Counted from the first letter of the whole stretch, positions 40,795-51,525 are shown. The stretch: DNA of 63,689 nucleotides, filler included, from 7 parts of 7 records of this genome joined end to end with filler, not necessarily neighbours in it, one strand, 5' to 3'. The notes: generated from the letters alone by a model not told the origin. Made by a program: numbers and translations.

Positions 40795-42086
40795 GTGCCA
40801 GGAATAAAGTCGGGATTATATTTTTCCCGGCCTATGATTGGGCCATCAGCCCGACGCATCCGGAACGTGAGGAGCGTTTGCTTTATACTCAGGATCAACT
40901 ACGGGAAGAAGGGATCTTTGATATTGAAAATATTCAGGAATTCAAACCTGATATTGCTCAGGTTAAAGATGTCCAACGCACCCATTTTTGTTTTCCAAAC
41001 GTAAAGAGTGTTGTCACGGAATCTCACATGATTTCGGCTGGTGGTGCCATAAAAGCAGCAAAACTGGTGATGGAAGGCAAAGTTGACAAGGCATTTGCTC
41101 TTGTCAGACCACCCGGACATCACGCCATGAAAGTGGTGCATGGGAATCGTGGATTTTGTAATATTAATAATGAAGCCATTATGATCGAATATATTCGCCA
41201 ACATTATGGTGAAAAGAAAATTGCTATTGTTGACACGGATTGTCATCATGGTGACGGTACTCAGGATATTTATTGGCATGATCCGAATGTGCTCTTTATT
41301 TCCATGCACCAGGACGGGCGTACTCTCTATCCGGGTACTGGTTTTATTGATGAATTAGGCGGTCCCAATGCTTTTTGTCGAAATATTAATATTCCTCTTC
41401 CCCCGGAAACGTCAGACGATGGGATCCTTTACATTCTGGATCATGTTATTTTACCAATTTTACAGGATTTTAAACCGGATATTTTAATCAATTCTGCCGG
41501 CCAGGATAATCATTATACGGATCCTATTACGAACATGAATTTTTCTGCACAAGGTTATGCAACGTTAAATGAAAGGTTGAATCCGGATATTTGCGTGCTT
41601 GAAGGCGGTTATTCTATTCAAAGTGCATTGCCGTATGTTAACCTGGGTATTATACTGGCCATGGCCGGAATAGACTATTCTCATGTTTGCGAACCGGATT
41701 ATGATCCGGAAAGATGGAAACAAAGTGAAAGTGTGACAGACTATATTACCAAATTATCTGTCGACATATTAGATTATTACTTTAATCCACGAGCCGGAAG
41801 CATGCCGGATAGGATTGTAGGACAGTACCAGACACGGCAGAAAAGTGTTTATTATGATACGGATAATATTCAGGATAGCCAGACTGAATCCGTACGTATA
41901 TGTAATGATTGCCCTGGATTATTAAAAGTTGAATCTGTATCCTCGATTAATCCATTAAGCCTGGGAATTGAGATACCATTTAATGCCTGTGACATGTGCC
42001 TGCAGGAAGGATTGCGTTTGATTAAAGAATCAGAAAATTCCACCAGGTACTATTTTAAAAGTATAATTAATCGAAGAGAAAATTGA
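40788..42086 (+). CDS. Histone deacetylase-like (class II) amidohydrolase
   Basis: HPE, RPPGHH, GFC, DCHHGDGTQ, SAGQD, LEGGY. Confidence 0.92.
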   Translation: MLSARNKVGIIFFPAYDWAISPTHPEREERLLYTQDQLREEGIFDIENIQEFKPDIAQVKDVQRTHFCFPNVKSVVTESHMISAGGAIKAAKLVMEGKVDKAFALVRPPGHHAMKVVHGNRGFCNINNEAIMIEYIRQHYGEKKIAIVDTDCHHGDGTQDIYWHDPNVLFISMHQDGRTLYPGTGFIDELGGPNAFCRNINIPLPPETSDDGILYILDHVILPILQDFKPDILINSAGQDNHYTDPITNMNFSAQGYATLNERLNPDICVLEGGYSIQSALPYVNLGIILAMAGIDYSHVCEPDYDPERWKQSESVTDYITKLSVDILDYYFNPRAGSMPDRIVGQYQTRQKSVYYDTDNIQDSQTESVRICNDCPGLLKVESVSSINPLSLGIEIPFNACDMCLQEGLRLIKESENSTRYYFKSIINRREN

Positions 42087-42583
42087 AAATTTTGTCAATG
42101 AAACAAATATATATGAAACATTGTATTAGGTTAAAGGTTACGGTTTATTAAAACCTGAATAACTTTTGTCTGTAAAAATTTTTTCGAAAATTGTTATTTT
42201 GACTTTTCCATTTAAGAGCTAAAAATTTTATGAAATCAGGTCGCATAATGATTTTTAGCTCTTGTCGTTTTTAACTGTTTGTACTCAATCCGCTAGAATA
42301 TCATTTGTTTCTACCGCATTTCCCCTTTCAAGTATCTGTTTATTATCACATGTTACCACTTTTTAAATTTGCCTTGTCAAAAACCGAAATGTGCGCATAA
42401 TGTCGTATTCTGTTTGAAAAAGTATTTTTATTAAAACTTGAATGAATCATTTTTAATATTGATTCATCTTATTGGTAGGTTTCACAAATAGATAAGTAGA
42501 AAATGGATAGGCAGAATTTTATTATTAAAAAAGTGGTAAATCGGTCGCAGGAAATTATTTTTGCTTAAACACGAGGAAAACGT

Positions 42584-43813
42584 ATGAAAAAATTGCTCAT
42601 ATTGGGTGCCGGAACTGCAGGAACTATTATGGCAAATAAGCTGAGCCAGCATTTAAGTACCGACGAGTGGCACATAACTATTGTCGATAATCATGAAACG
42701 CATTACTACCAACCCGGATTTTTGTTTATTCCTTTTAATATATATTCACGAAATGATGTCATTAAACCGAAAAGAGATTATTTACCATCGTCTGTAGAAA
42801 TTGTCATGTCCGAGATTGAGGTCATTGAGCCGGATAAAAATCGTGTAAAACTGGCAAACAATCAGGTCCTCAGTTATGATTATTTGATTGTGGCAACCGG
42901 ATCTAAAATTAAGCCCGGAGAGACTGAAGGATTGCAGGATGGTGGTTGGTACAAAAATATATTTGATTTTTATACCATCGAAGGAGCTTGTCAATTACAA
43001 AAGTTTCTGAAACATTGGGAAGGTGGCAAACTCGTACTCAACATTGTTGAAATGCCCATTAAATGTCCTGTCGCTCCTTTGGAATTTCTGTTTTTGGCTG
43101 ACTGGTGGTTTACGGAAAAGGGTATTCGGGATAAAGTGGATTTGACTTTTGTAACCCCGCTTCCGGGTGCTTTTACCAAGCCTAAAGCGTCACAAATTTT
43201 GAATTCCTTTTTGGAAAAGAAAAATATTAATCTTGTTTCCGAATTCAATACCGGTTCCGTTGATTCAGAAAACAACAAACTGGTCTCATTTGATGAACGG
43301 GAAGTTGATTATGATTTACTTGTTACAATACCCACAAATATGGGTGATGAAGTTATTGAAAGATCAGGTATGGGAGATGAATTGAATTTTATCCCAACCA
43401 ATAAAAATACCTTACAGTCAAAACAACATGAAAATATTTTTGTTATTGGAGATGCAACAGATCTACCAAGTTCCAAGGCTGGCTCTGTGGCGCACTTTCA
43501 GGCGGATGTGTTAACTGAAAACTTTTTACGCCATATCGAAGAACTTCCATTGATGGAAAGCTTTGACGGCCATGCTAACTGTTTCATTGAATCCGGATTT
43601 GGCAAAGGCCTGCTTATTGATTTTAACTATGACGTTGAACCCTTGCCCGGCAAGTTTCCTTTACCTGGCGTCGGACCGTTTTCTCTTCTGCAGGAAACAA
43701 AGATGAATCATTGGGGTAAAATGATGTTCCGATGGGTTTATTGGAATTTATTATTAAAGGGCCTGGAGCTTCCTATTGAGGCACAAATGAACATGGCAGG
43801 AAAAACCCGATAG
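42584..43813 (+). CDS. sqr: Sulfide:quinone oxidoreductase-like flavoprotein (type III-like)
   Basis: GAGTAG, HYYQPG, IKCPVAPLE, IGDA, SKAGS, DGHANCF. Confidence 0.85.
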   Translation: MKKLLILGAGTAGTIMANKLSQHLSTDEWHITIVDNHETHYYQPGFLFIPFNIYSRNDVIKPKRDYLPSSVEIVMSEIEVIEPDKNRVKLANNQVLSYDYLIVATGSKIKPGETEGLQDGGWYKNIFDFYTIEGACQLQKFLKHWEGGKLVLNIVEMPIKCPVAPLEFLFLADWWFTEKGIRDKVDLTFVTPLPGAFTKPKASQILNSFLEKKNINLVSEFNTGSVDSENNKLVSFDEREVDYDLLVTIPTNMGDEVIERSGMGDELNFIPTNKNTLQSKQHENIFVIGDATDLPSSKAGSVAHFQADVLTENFLRHIEELPLMESFDGHANCFIESGFGKGLLIDFNYDVEPLPGKFPLPGVGPFSLLQETKMNHWGKMMFRWVYWNLLLKGLELPIEAQMNMAGKTR

Positions 43814-43827
43814 GAGAAATATTTATT

Positions 43828-44523
43828 ATGGATAAAGATTTAGAGCTGTTGCATAAGAAAATAGATTTTCTAACGGATCAAGTGATGCAAACTCAGCGTC
43901 GCCAACGAGAATTGGAAGAATTGCGTCAGGATTTGACTCCAATCGCTACGGATCTTTACAAAACAGCTGTGGAAGAATTGGATGAGGTTGCCCCCTATTT
44001 TAGTTATGAAGACCTTATTTATCTGGTAAAAAAACTCCTGCGTAATACAAGAAATATTGTTGCTCTTTTCGAACAAATGGAAAGTGCTGTGGATTTTGTC
44101 AGTGATTCAGCGCCATTATCAAAAGCTGTTTTCCAATCCACTATGGAAACGTTAAATGAAATGGAACAGAAAGGCTATTTTACTTTTTTCAAGGGTGCAT
44201 TGGAAATAGTTGACCGTATTGTAACCAGCTATACGGAAGAGGACGTTAAGAAATTGGGTGAAAACGTTGTGTTGATGATGGATACAGTTAAACAACTGAC
44301 CCAACCTGAGATGCTTAATACTGTGCAAAATGCTCTGGCTGTTTATAAGAATTTCAATGTATCACCACCTGAAAAGGTGTCCTTGTTTGGTCTTGTCAAA
44401 GAAATGAACGATCCGCAGGTCAGAAGGGCGCTTGCCACAGGATTGGCGATACTTAAAAATATATCCGAAAGCCTGGACACAAACAGTCCGACCACACAAC
44501 AAGGAACGGTGATGACAAATTAA
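43828..44523 (+). CDS. DUF1641 family helical protein
   Basis: C-terminal VSLFGLVKEMNDPQVRRAL motif; typical SQR partner. Confidence 0.8.
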   Translation: MDKDLELLHKKIDFLTDQVMQTQRRQRELEELRQDLTPIATDLYKTAVEELDEVAPYFSYEDLIYLVKKLLRNTRNIVALFEQMESAVDFVSDSAPLSKAVFQSTMETLNEMEQKGYFTFFKGALEIVDRIVTSYTEEDVKKLGENVVLMMDTVKQLTQPEMLNTVQNALAVYKNFNVSPPEKVSLFGLVKEMNDPQVRRALATGLAILKNISESLDTNSPTTQQGTVMTN

Positions 44524-44626
44524 AGTGAAATAATTAGAAAAAAATAAACTGTTTCAAGTTTTGCGAAATAATCACGTAACGATTTACATATATGTTGAAA
44601 ATTAAATAATAATAAAGGAGATAGAT

Positions 44627-44944
44627 ATGTCAACTCGAGAAATAGCAGGACTTAAAATCGATGTGGATAATGACGGATTTATGATAGATCTTGAGCAATG
44701 GAATAAAGACGTTGCCAAGGTTCTTGCAGAAGAAGAAGGTATTTATGAACTTTCTGAGGACCATTGGAAGGTGATTGATTTTATGCGCAAGGATTATAAA
44801 GAAAAGGGGCAGGTCCCAACTATTAGAAGAATGAACAAAGTTGGCGGTGTTCCTACTAAAGTTCTTTATGAGTTGTTTCCAAAAGGTCCGGCTAAAAAGG
44901 CTGCAAAGGTGTCCGGTCTCTCTAAACCACAAGGGTGTGTATAA
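44627..44944 (+). CDS. tusE: TusE/DsrC/DsvC family sulfur relay protein (single C-terminal Cys)
   Basis: DNDGF, HWKVI, LFPKGP, GLSKPQGCV. Confidence 0.88.
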   Translation: MSTREIAGLKIDVDNDGFMIDLEQWNKDVAKVLAEEEGIYELSEDHWKVIDFMRKDYKEKGQVPTIRRMNKVGGVPTKVLYELFPKGPAKKAAKVSGLSKPQGCV

Positions 44945-44963
44945 TCATTTGCAGGAGTTTATA

Positions 44964-45443
44964 ATGGCAAATAATGACCATTCTCCAATTGAAAAGGTAT
45001 CCATTGTAATTTCGAAAGGTTCTTTGGACGGAATTTATCCCGGGCTCATCATGGCGAACGGTGCCAGGATGGAGGGAATTGAGGCCACTCTGTTTTTCAC
45101 TTTTTTTGGCCTTGAAGCTATTATGAAAAAAAGAGTTAAAAATATTAAAGTGGCTACGGTCGGAAATCCGGCTATGCACATGCCTAGCCTGGTCGGTGTT
45201 TTGCCAGGAATGTCCTCTTTTGCTACCTCTATGATGAAGAAAGAAATGGAAAAGTTAGATATTCCTCCTATCGATGAGTTTATCGAGATGGTTAAAGATG
45301 CAGGCGCGGAGCTCTATGCCTGTAAAGCAACCGTTGATATGTTTCATTTGAAAGAAGATGATTTTTTGCCCCAGGTTGATGCTGTTATTAATGTAGGTAC
45401 ATTTTATGAAAAATCGGCTGGCGCGCAAATTATTTTTACTTGA
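44964..45443 (+). CDS. DsrE/DsrF/DrsH-like (DsrE2) sulfurtransferase
   Basis: LFFTFFGL, YACKATVDMF, C-terminal IIFT; start moved to the ATG after a GGAG RBS. Confidence 0.85.
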   Translation: MANNDHSPIEKVSIVISKGSLDGIYPGLIMANGARMEGIEATLFFTFFGLEAIMKKRVKNIKVATVGNPAMHMPSLVGVLPGMSSFATSMMKKEMEKLDIPPIDEFIEMVKDAGAELYACKATVDMFHLKEDDFLPQVDAVINVGTFYEKSAGAQIIFT

Positions 45444-45563
45444 TATATTAAATGTGGTTAAAATATAGAGGTTCTTCTTTTTTTGGTCCGGCCTGTTTTA
45501 CCCAGGGCCGGATTGAATAATCACGTTTATTGAGCAAAAGAATTGTCATTTTTTCTCGTAAAT

Positions 45564-45594
45564 AAAAAAAGGCAGGTATTTATACCTGCCTTTT
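45564..45594. terminator. Bidirectional intrinsic terminator
   Basis: AAAAAAAGGCAGGTAT-TT-ATACCTGCCTTTT between convergent genes. Confidence 0.8.
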
Positions 45595-45661
45595 ACGTAT
45601 AGGTTGATGTACTACAACAACCCTTATTTATATTAGAGCCCACTAATATAAAGAGGTACTA

Positions 45662-46075
45662 TTATCTTTGTGCAAGATACCCTTCCTGCATCCTACTTGC
45701 GACACCTGCCAGTACAGAACGAACTGTTTTGTTTTTATCTTTACGAGCCTGTTCCTGTACAAACTGCACCGATGAATTGTCACCTATTTGCAATAATGTG
45801 ACACCGGCAATAATTCTGGCCTGGTATTTCTTGTCCTTTTTTAGCATTTTTTGTAACGGTTCAACAGCTTCCAAAGCTTTTCGATCGCCTAATACTTGTG
45901 CGGCACTTGTTCTTATACCCAAATTGTCATCTTTTAACAATTGGATCAATGTCGCGTTGTCTGCCTTATCCATATCAGTAATAATGCCTGTTTTCTCACC
46001 TGCAATTGCACTGGCACTTAGTAAAAGAGCCAAAGCCAATGCAACAATCATGGAATATAATTTAAAATGTTTCAT
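45662..46075 (-). CDS. Secreted HEAT-repeat protein
   Basis: Signal peptide ending ASAIA; HEAT repeats (IRTSAAQVLG, AVEPL). Confidence 0.8.
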   Translation of the reverse strand: MKHFKLYSMIVALALALLLSASAIAGEKTGIITDMDKADNATLIQLLKDDNLGIRTSAAQVLGDRKALEAVEPLQKMLKKDKKYQARIIAGVTLLQIGDNSSVQFVQEQARKDKNKTVRSVLAGVASRMQEGYLAQR

Positions 46076-46138
46076 TGCTCTTACCTCTTTTTATTATGAA
46101 ATTGATTAGGATTACTAATTAATAGTTACCTGGTCTAT

Positions 46139-46154
46139 TGCAACTGGTGTGCCA
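46139..46154 (-). promoter_or_regulatory. Sigma-54 promoter (-24/-12)
   Basis: Minus strand TGGCAC-ACCAG-TTGCA, matching the consensus, ~65 nt upstream of the HEAT gene. Confidence 0.75.
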
Positions 46155-46287
46155 GAATATCTTATTGTGGGCCGGGATTGACGTGTGGTTAAATAAGATC
46201 AATATTAATAATAACATGATGTGTTTTGAGATTGTCATAAGTGATTTATTTTGTTGAATGAATCGAACTTTTTCTGGTTCATATCTC

Positions 46288-46387
46288 NNNNNNNNNNNNN
46301 NNNNNNNNNNNNNNNNNNNNNNNNNNNNNNNTTAATTAATTAANNNNNNNNNNNNNNNNNNNNNNNNNNNNNNNNNNNNNNNNNNNN
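46288..46387. other. Artificial contig linker
   Basis: N44-TTAATTAATTAA-N44. Confidence 0.99.
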
Positions 46388-46574
46388 AGAAGCTGTAACA
46401 GTTACAGTTGTAGAATAATCTTATTGGCTTAGGTTTGATTAATGAACAAATTACAGAGTTGAGTTATATTGTAGTTATCATATTTTACTAAGCTAAAAAC
46501 TATAAGCACATTGTAGAAAATAGTTATATTGGAACAAGTTTTAAATTTCTTAAAGGAACAACACAAAATTGTAT

Positions 46575-47084
46575 AGGGCTAGAAATGGCGAAAAGAAGAT
46601 TGTTTGGAGATGTATATCAAGGTTGGATTATGGCAAGAAGTATTGTCAGGACTCTCCTACGCTACATGAAGATAAGCTACATAAAATGATTCTCGATATA
46701 ATCAACAAAAGGTTGAAGGACAAGGATTCATTAATAAGCACACTTAATGAGAGCATAGCAACAACCACTTCAAGTGATGATAACAACCCATTCGTTATTG
46801 ATGCCAAGATAAAAGCGTTAGAAATTAAGCTAAAGCATTTGATTGAGCTATCAGCAAAGACCAATGTGGAAAAGCGGAGTGATTATTTCAAGCGGATTGT
46901 AGAACTCAATAAAGAAATTGAAATAAATAAAGCTAAGAAGGCTACAAACGATATTACTCAAGTAAATATAGTCAGCACCGATGATTTACCAAATTCCATA
47001 GCAGAGTTTGATGATAATAAGATTAGACAGATTGTTAGAAGAATTAGAGTTTTAGGAAAAGAAGAGATTGAAGTATTGTTTTAG
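46575..47084 (+). pseudogene. C-terminal fragment of a large serine recombinase (Zn ribbon + coiled coil)
   Basis: ARNGEKKIVWRCISRLDYGKKYC...IRQIVRRIRV..EIEVLF; no catalytic domain upstream. Confidence 0.75.
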
Positions 47085-47287
47085 CACTCCCCATGATTAG
47101 GTTCAATATTCACAGTTTATGCTATAAAGTTGCAAGGAAAGCCCAACTATTCGTAAAAGAATCCTTCTGTGAATAGTTGATGGCGGATTTCTTAGATAAA
47201 ATTAATCTGAAATTGAATCGTGAGCATTTTTAAAAATGCTATGTTACATATTCTTGAGATAAGTACAGGTTATATCACTATACGCTG

Positions 47288-48193
47288 TCAATTATTAATG
47301 TAATATTCTCTAATTAATGTAACGAAGTATTTTTGCGCTTCCGATAGATGATAACTTTTTCTATAACCAGCATATAATTTGCGGTATGGTGTTGGAGATA
47401 GCCTTAGAGTAACGATGTTTTCTAACTTTAGTGAATTAGGTGCTGGTATTAAACTTATAGCAATTCCTTCTTTTACAGCTTGAATCTGCGGATCTGTTGA
47501 TGAGGTTTCCACCAAGATGTTTTCAGGAAAAAAACCAGCCTTCTCAAATAAATCATTTGTCAAGTTGCGATGCATAGATGTATTTTTTGATAAAATCCAT
47601 TGATCATCTTTAAATAGTGCTAAATCAGAAATTTCTAAAGTGCCGGATTTTTTGTCTGCCAAGTGAACCAACGGATGATTTGCCGGTATGGCAAGAACAA
47701 TTTCCTCTTCGTCCAGAAAATCATGCACAATTGTAGGATATTTTTCTATCGGAGATACCATAGCAATATCAATAGAACCTTCGATTATTGAATCGTAAAG
47801 CTCGTTCATATTAGCTTCTTTCAAAATGACGGTTACATCTGGGTATTTTTTATAAAAAAATGGATAAATGTGCCCGAAAACTGAAAGCCCCCGCTTATGA
47901 GAACAACCGAAAATAAATTTATCTCGTGTTTGACTCTGTACACCTTCGATTTCTAGGAAAGCTTCCTTCTTTATTTGCAAAATCCTTTTTGCTGCTTCAA
48001 CGTATATCTCGCCACAGTATGTAAGGTGAAGTTTGCGATTGATACGCTCAAAAATCGGAATGCCCAACCTTTTTTCAATCTTTGTGACATGTTGGCTCAG
48101 AGCAGCAGGGGTTATAAACAGCTTTTCTGCGGCAGCATTGATTTTCTGTTCTTCTGCCAACGTAACAATATATTCTAATTGAGTTAAAATCAT
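47288..48193 (-). CDS. LysR family regulator
   Basis: AAEKLFITPAALSQ HTH, LHLTYCG; divergent from the tct operon. Confidence 0.93.
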   Translation of the reverse strand: MILTQLEYIVTLAEEQKINAAAEKLFITPAALSQHVTKIEKRLGIPIFERINRKLHLTYCGEIYVEAAKRILQIKKEAFLEIEGVQSQTRDKFIFGCSHKRGLSVFGHIYPFFYKKYPDVTVILKEANMNELYDSIIEGSIDIAMVSPIEKYPTIVHDFLDEEEIVLAIPANHPLVHLADKKSGTLEISDLALFKDDQWILSKNTSMHRNLTNDLFEKAGFFPENILVETSSTDPQIQAVKEGIAISLIPAPNSLKLENIVTLRLSPTPYRKLYAGYRKSYHLSEAQKYFVTLIREYYINN

Positions 48194-48437
48194 ATACGAT
48201 ATCTCCTTTGTTGCTTTTGCATTAGAAAAAGTTAACGAAAGCGTAAATATAATTAACTTTACTTATGTTTATAGGTGAATTATAATTGAAAAAAGTAATG
48301 TAGTCAATAGAAAAAGCATTTAGTTAAGTTCTACTAAATAATACTGTTTAAAAAAGTTTGCCCTTAGTGGGCTCCAATAAAGTTTTATATTTATTATGAT
48401 TATATAATCATAAAAAACTATAAGGAGAAATGAAAAA

Positions 48438-49475
48438 ATGAAAAAAACATTATCAATTATTTTGGTTATCGCTATGGCTACAATACTATTTGCTGGCTGT
48501 GCACAAGAAACAGCACCAGCTGAAGTGAAAGAAGAACCAAAAGTTGAAGAAAAAGTAGAAGAAACTCCAGCAGAAGAACCTGCACCAGTATGGCCAACCG
48601 AAGCAGTAACAATTGTTTGCCCATCTAGAGCAGGTGGATTCGCTGATGCTCACTCACGTATGTTGGCTGATTATTTTCAAAGAACAACAGGTGTGGCTTT
48701 TGCGGTTATAAATGTAACAGATGGCGGCGGATCAGCTGGGTCTGAGCAAGTTAGAACTTCTAAGCCAGATGGGACAACTTTACTTCATTTCCATACATCA
48801 TTCCCGATTTCTTGCTATACTGGTGCATCTCCTCTTGATCCAGAAAGAGACTTTACACTAATTGCGGCAACTGAAAATGGTGGTTACAATGCGTTGGTAT
48901 GTAGCGCAGACGCACCATGGGATACAATGGAAGACCTTGTTAATGATGCAAAAGCACGTCCAGAGGAAATTATTTGGGCAGCGGCAGCAGGTGGAACATC
49001 TCACTTTATGCTTGCTATGCTAGAGCAAGATGCTGGCGTTAAATTCAAAATGGTTGACGGTGGCGGAACCGGCGACAGAATTACTGGAATTTTAGGTGGA
49101 ACACTTGAAGTTACTAATATCGGTATCGGCGCAGCTGACCAGCACGTTAAAGATGGCGGAATGAAGATTCTTGGTGTTATCGGTGATGATAGAGATCCTG
49201 TATACTCAGATTATCCTACAATTGTTGAGCAAGGCTACAATATGAGCTGGGTTGGCGAGTTTGGTCTATGGGGACCAGCAGACATGGATCCTGCACTTGT
49301 TGAAGTTATGAATGCTTCTTTGAAAGATATGCCAAATGATGAAGTCGTTCAAGAGCAGCTTAAAAAATTAGGCTCTTGGTATGATTACAGAAATGTTGAA
49401 GAATCTGAAGAAGTTATGGGTGCTATGTATAAAACAATCAAAGACTTAGCTGTAAGTCTTGGTTTTACACAGTAA
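48438..49475 (+). CDS. tctC: Tripartite tricarboxylate transporter substrate-binding lipoprotein
   Basis: Lipobox FAGC, WPTEAVTIVCP..AGG, KPDGTT, YPTIVEQG. Confidence 0.9.
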   Translation: MKKTLSIILVIAMATILFAGCAQETAPAEVKEEPKVEEKVEETPAEEPAPVWPTEAVTIVCPSRAGGFADAHSRMLADYFQRTTGVAFAVINVTDGGGSAGSEQVRTSKPDGTTLLHFHTSFPISCYTGASPLDPERDFTLIAATENGGYNALVCSADAPWDTMEDLVNDAKARPEEIIWAAAAGGTSHFMLAMLEQDAGVKFKMVDGGGTGDRITGILGGTLEVTNIGIGAADQHVKDGGMKILGVIGDDRDPVYSDYPTIVEQGYNMSWVGEFGLWGPADMDPALVEVMNASLKDMPNDEVVQEQLKKLGSWYDYRNVEESEEVMGAMYKTIKDLAVSLGFTQ

Positions 49476-49488
49476 TTAATGAAATCAT

Positions 49489-49527
49489 CGTACTCTGTGA
49501 TTATTTTACGGAGTGCGGTATTTTTTT
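49489..49527 (+). terminator. Stem-loop with U-tract after tctC (partial terminator or stabiliser)
   Basis: CGTACTCTGTGA/TTACGGAGTGCG followed by TATTTTTTT. Confidence 0.55.
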
Positions 49528-49545
49528 ACCAGAGAGGTGAAAGAA

Positions 49546-50021
49546 GTGAAATTGACAAAAGACAGAGCAATTGGGATTATCCTGATTATCATCGGAACGA
49601 TTTTTATAATATTGACGAGCCAAATACCGGAACCTAAGTTTTTTACAGAGATAGTTGGGCCGGACTTGTTTCCGTATATAGCCAGTATTGGTATGGTGTT
49701 GTGTGGGGTAGCTCTACTGTTCAGGGGAAAAAAGATGAGGAAAAGTTTTTGACAAAGGCCGGGTGGTTTAGGGTTTTGAAAATGGCTCTTCTTATATTAT
49801 CATTTGTGTTTTTAATGAACTATGCAGGATTCATTGTTGCTTCATTGATTCTGCTGTTTGGAATGGTATGTTTATTTGATCTTAAAAAAGAAACGTCCAT
49901 ACTGAAGAAAATTATATATGCAGTTGTGCTTACAGCAATCGTATATGTGCTTTTCCAATTTGTACTGAATATTAAGCTGCCAAGCGGAGAATTATTTGAG
50001 TGGCTGAAAGACTTGAGGTGA
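49546..50021 (+). CDS. tctB: TctB small membrane subunit, apparent frameshift in GGGGAAAAAAA at ~49725
   Basis: GPDLFP in the first frame; GFIVAS and LNIKLPSG in the second. Confidence 0.8.
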
Positions 50022-50025
50022 TAGT

Positions 50026-51525
50026 ATGGAATATTTACAATATGTACTAACGACGCTCATTGAACCAATGAGCATATTACTTGTGTTTTTAGGTGTTACC
50101 CTTGGGATTGTGTTTGGATCGATTCCTGGGCTTACTGGTGCACTGGCAATCGTATTGCTAATGCCGTTTACATTTTTTATGCAGTCTGAACCGGCTATTA
50201 TTTTGCTGGTGAGCATATACATTGGCGGAATTTCAGGTGGGTTTATTGCATCTACAATAATCGGGATTCCGGGGGCTCCGGCAGCTATAGCAACAACCTT
50301 TGAGGCATGGCCGCTATCTAAACAAGGAAAGACGACTAAAGCTTTAGGTGTAGGAATTGTAGCGTCTTTTATTGGAACATTCTTTAGCTGTATTATTGCA
50401 TTATTTTTAAGTCCTGTTATTGCAGACCTAGCTGTTAAACTTGGGCCGTGGGAATTTTTTGGCCTGTGCTTGCTTGCAATATCGTTGATTGCATCACTTT
50501 CTCAAGGTGATGTTGTTAAAGGACTGGCGGCTGCATTTATTGGATTTATATTGGGCGCAATAGGAATGGCGCCTGTGTGTGGAACATATAGATTTACATT
50601 TGGTGTTATGAATCTTATTGGCGGTCTTTCACTGAGTGCTACCATGATGGGTTTCTTTGCGGTAAGGCAAATACTCGTTGATTATGGTAAAAAAGACATT
50701 ACGCTTCCTGAAGTTAAGGATCAAAAAATTAAAGGACTTGGCTTTACAATAAAAGAACTAGTATCTAACACATGGAATATTATTAGATCTTTCTTTATTG
50801 GGCTAGGTATTGGATTTTTGCCTGGCATGGGTTCGGGAATATCCAGTTTTGTTGCATATGCGACAGCAAAAGATTCATCAAAGCATCCTGAAAAGTATGG
50901 TAAGGGTTCGATTGAAGGTCTGTTTGCAACGGAAACAGCAAATAACGCAACGATTGGCGGAGCGGTTATACCAATGACGGCACTTGGAATACCTGGCGAC
51001 TCTACAACAGCATTGTTGTTAGGTGCGTTGACCATCCAAGGATTAGAGCCGGGACCATTGCTTATGAAAAACAATCCTAATTTTGCATATGTTATGTTTG
51101 GTGCATTGATATTTGCAGCTGTTATGACATTGTTTGTTCAATTTTTCGGAATGAGATTGTTCCCTAAGATTTTGAAAATAAAGTTTATGTACTTGTTCCC
51201 TGTAATCATGCTTTTATGTTTTGTAGGCGCATATTCAGATTCATATTCGATTTTTAATGTTGGTATGGTTATAGCTTGCGGATTTTTAGGGTTCTTACTA
51301 TCATGGGGAAAATTCCCAATAACGCCACTTGTGCTTGCATATATTTTATCAGGTAGATTGGAAATGTATCTAAGACGCGGCATAACGTACACGGATGAAG
51401 GGTTCTTAACATTTTTCACAAGACCGTTGTCTGCAGCGTTAATTCTGATTACTGTACTATCTATTGCAAGAGCATTTTTAAAGCCAGTGCTTGATAAGCG
51501 CAAGGCAGAAAAAGCGGCAAAGTAA
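50026..51525 (+). CDS. tctA: TctA large permease
   Basis: GSIPGL, IGIPGAP, ETANNA, LGIPGD, PGPLL. Confidence 0.93.
   Translation: MEYLQYVLTTLIEPMSILLVFLGVTLGIVFGSIPGLTGALAIVLLMPFTFFMQSEPAIILLVSIYIGGISGGFIASTIIGIPGAPAAIATTFEAWPLSKQGKTTKALGVGIVASFIGTFFSCIIALFLSPVIADLAVKLGPWEFFGLCLLAISLIASLSQGDVVKGLAAAFIGFILGAIGMAPVCGTYRFTFGVMNLIGGLSLSATMMGFFAVRQILVDYGKKDITLPEVKDQKIKGLGFTIKELVSNTWNIIRSFFIGLGIGFLPGMGSGISSFVAYATAKDSSKHPEKYGKGSIEGLFATETANNATIGGAVIPMTALGIPGDSTTALLLGALTIQGLEPGPLLMKNNPNFAYVMFGALIFAAVMTLFVQFFGMRLFPKILKIKFMYLFPVIMLLCFVGAYSDSYSIFNVGMVIACGFLGFLLSWGKFPITPLVLAYILSGRLEMYLRRGITYTDEGFLTFFTRPLSAALILITVLSIARAFLKPVLDKRKAEKAAK

Noticed and set aside
44627-44944. dsrC as a marker of dissimilatory sulfate reduction
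   Set aside because: Lacks the second conserved Cys and no dsrAB is present
46388-46574. Abi-alpha-like remnant (NNLIGLGLI)
   Set aside because: Too short and interrupted by stops to support
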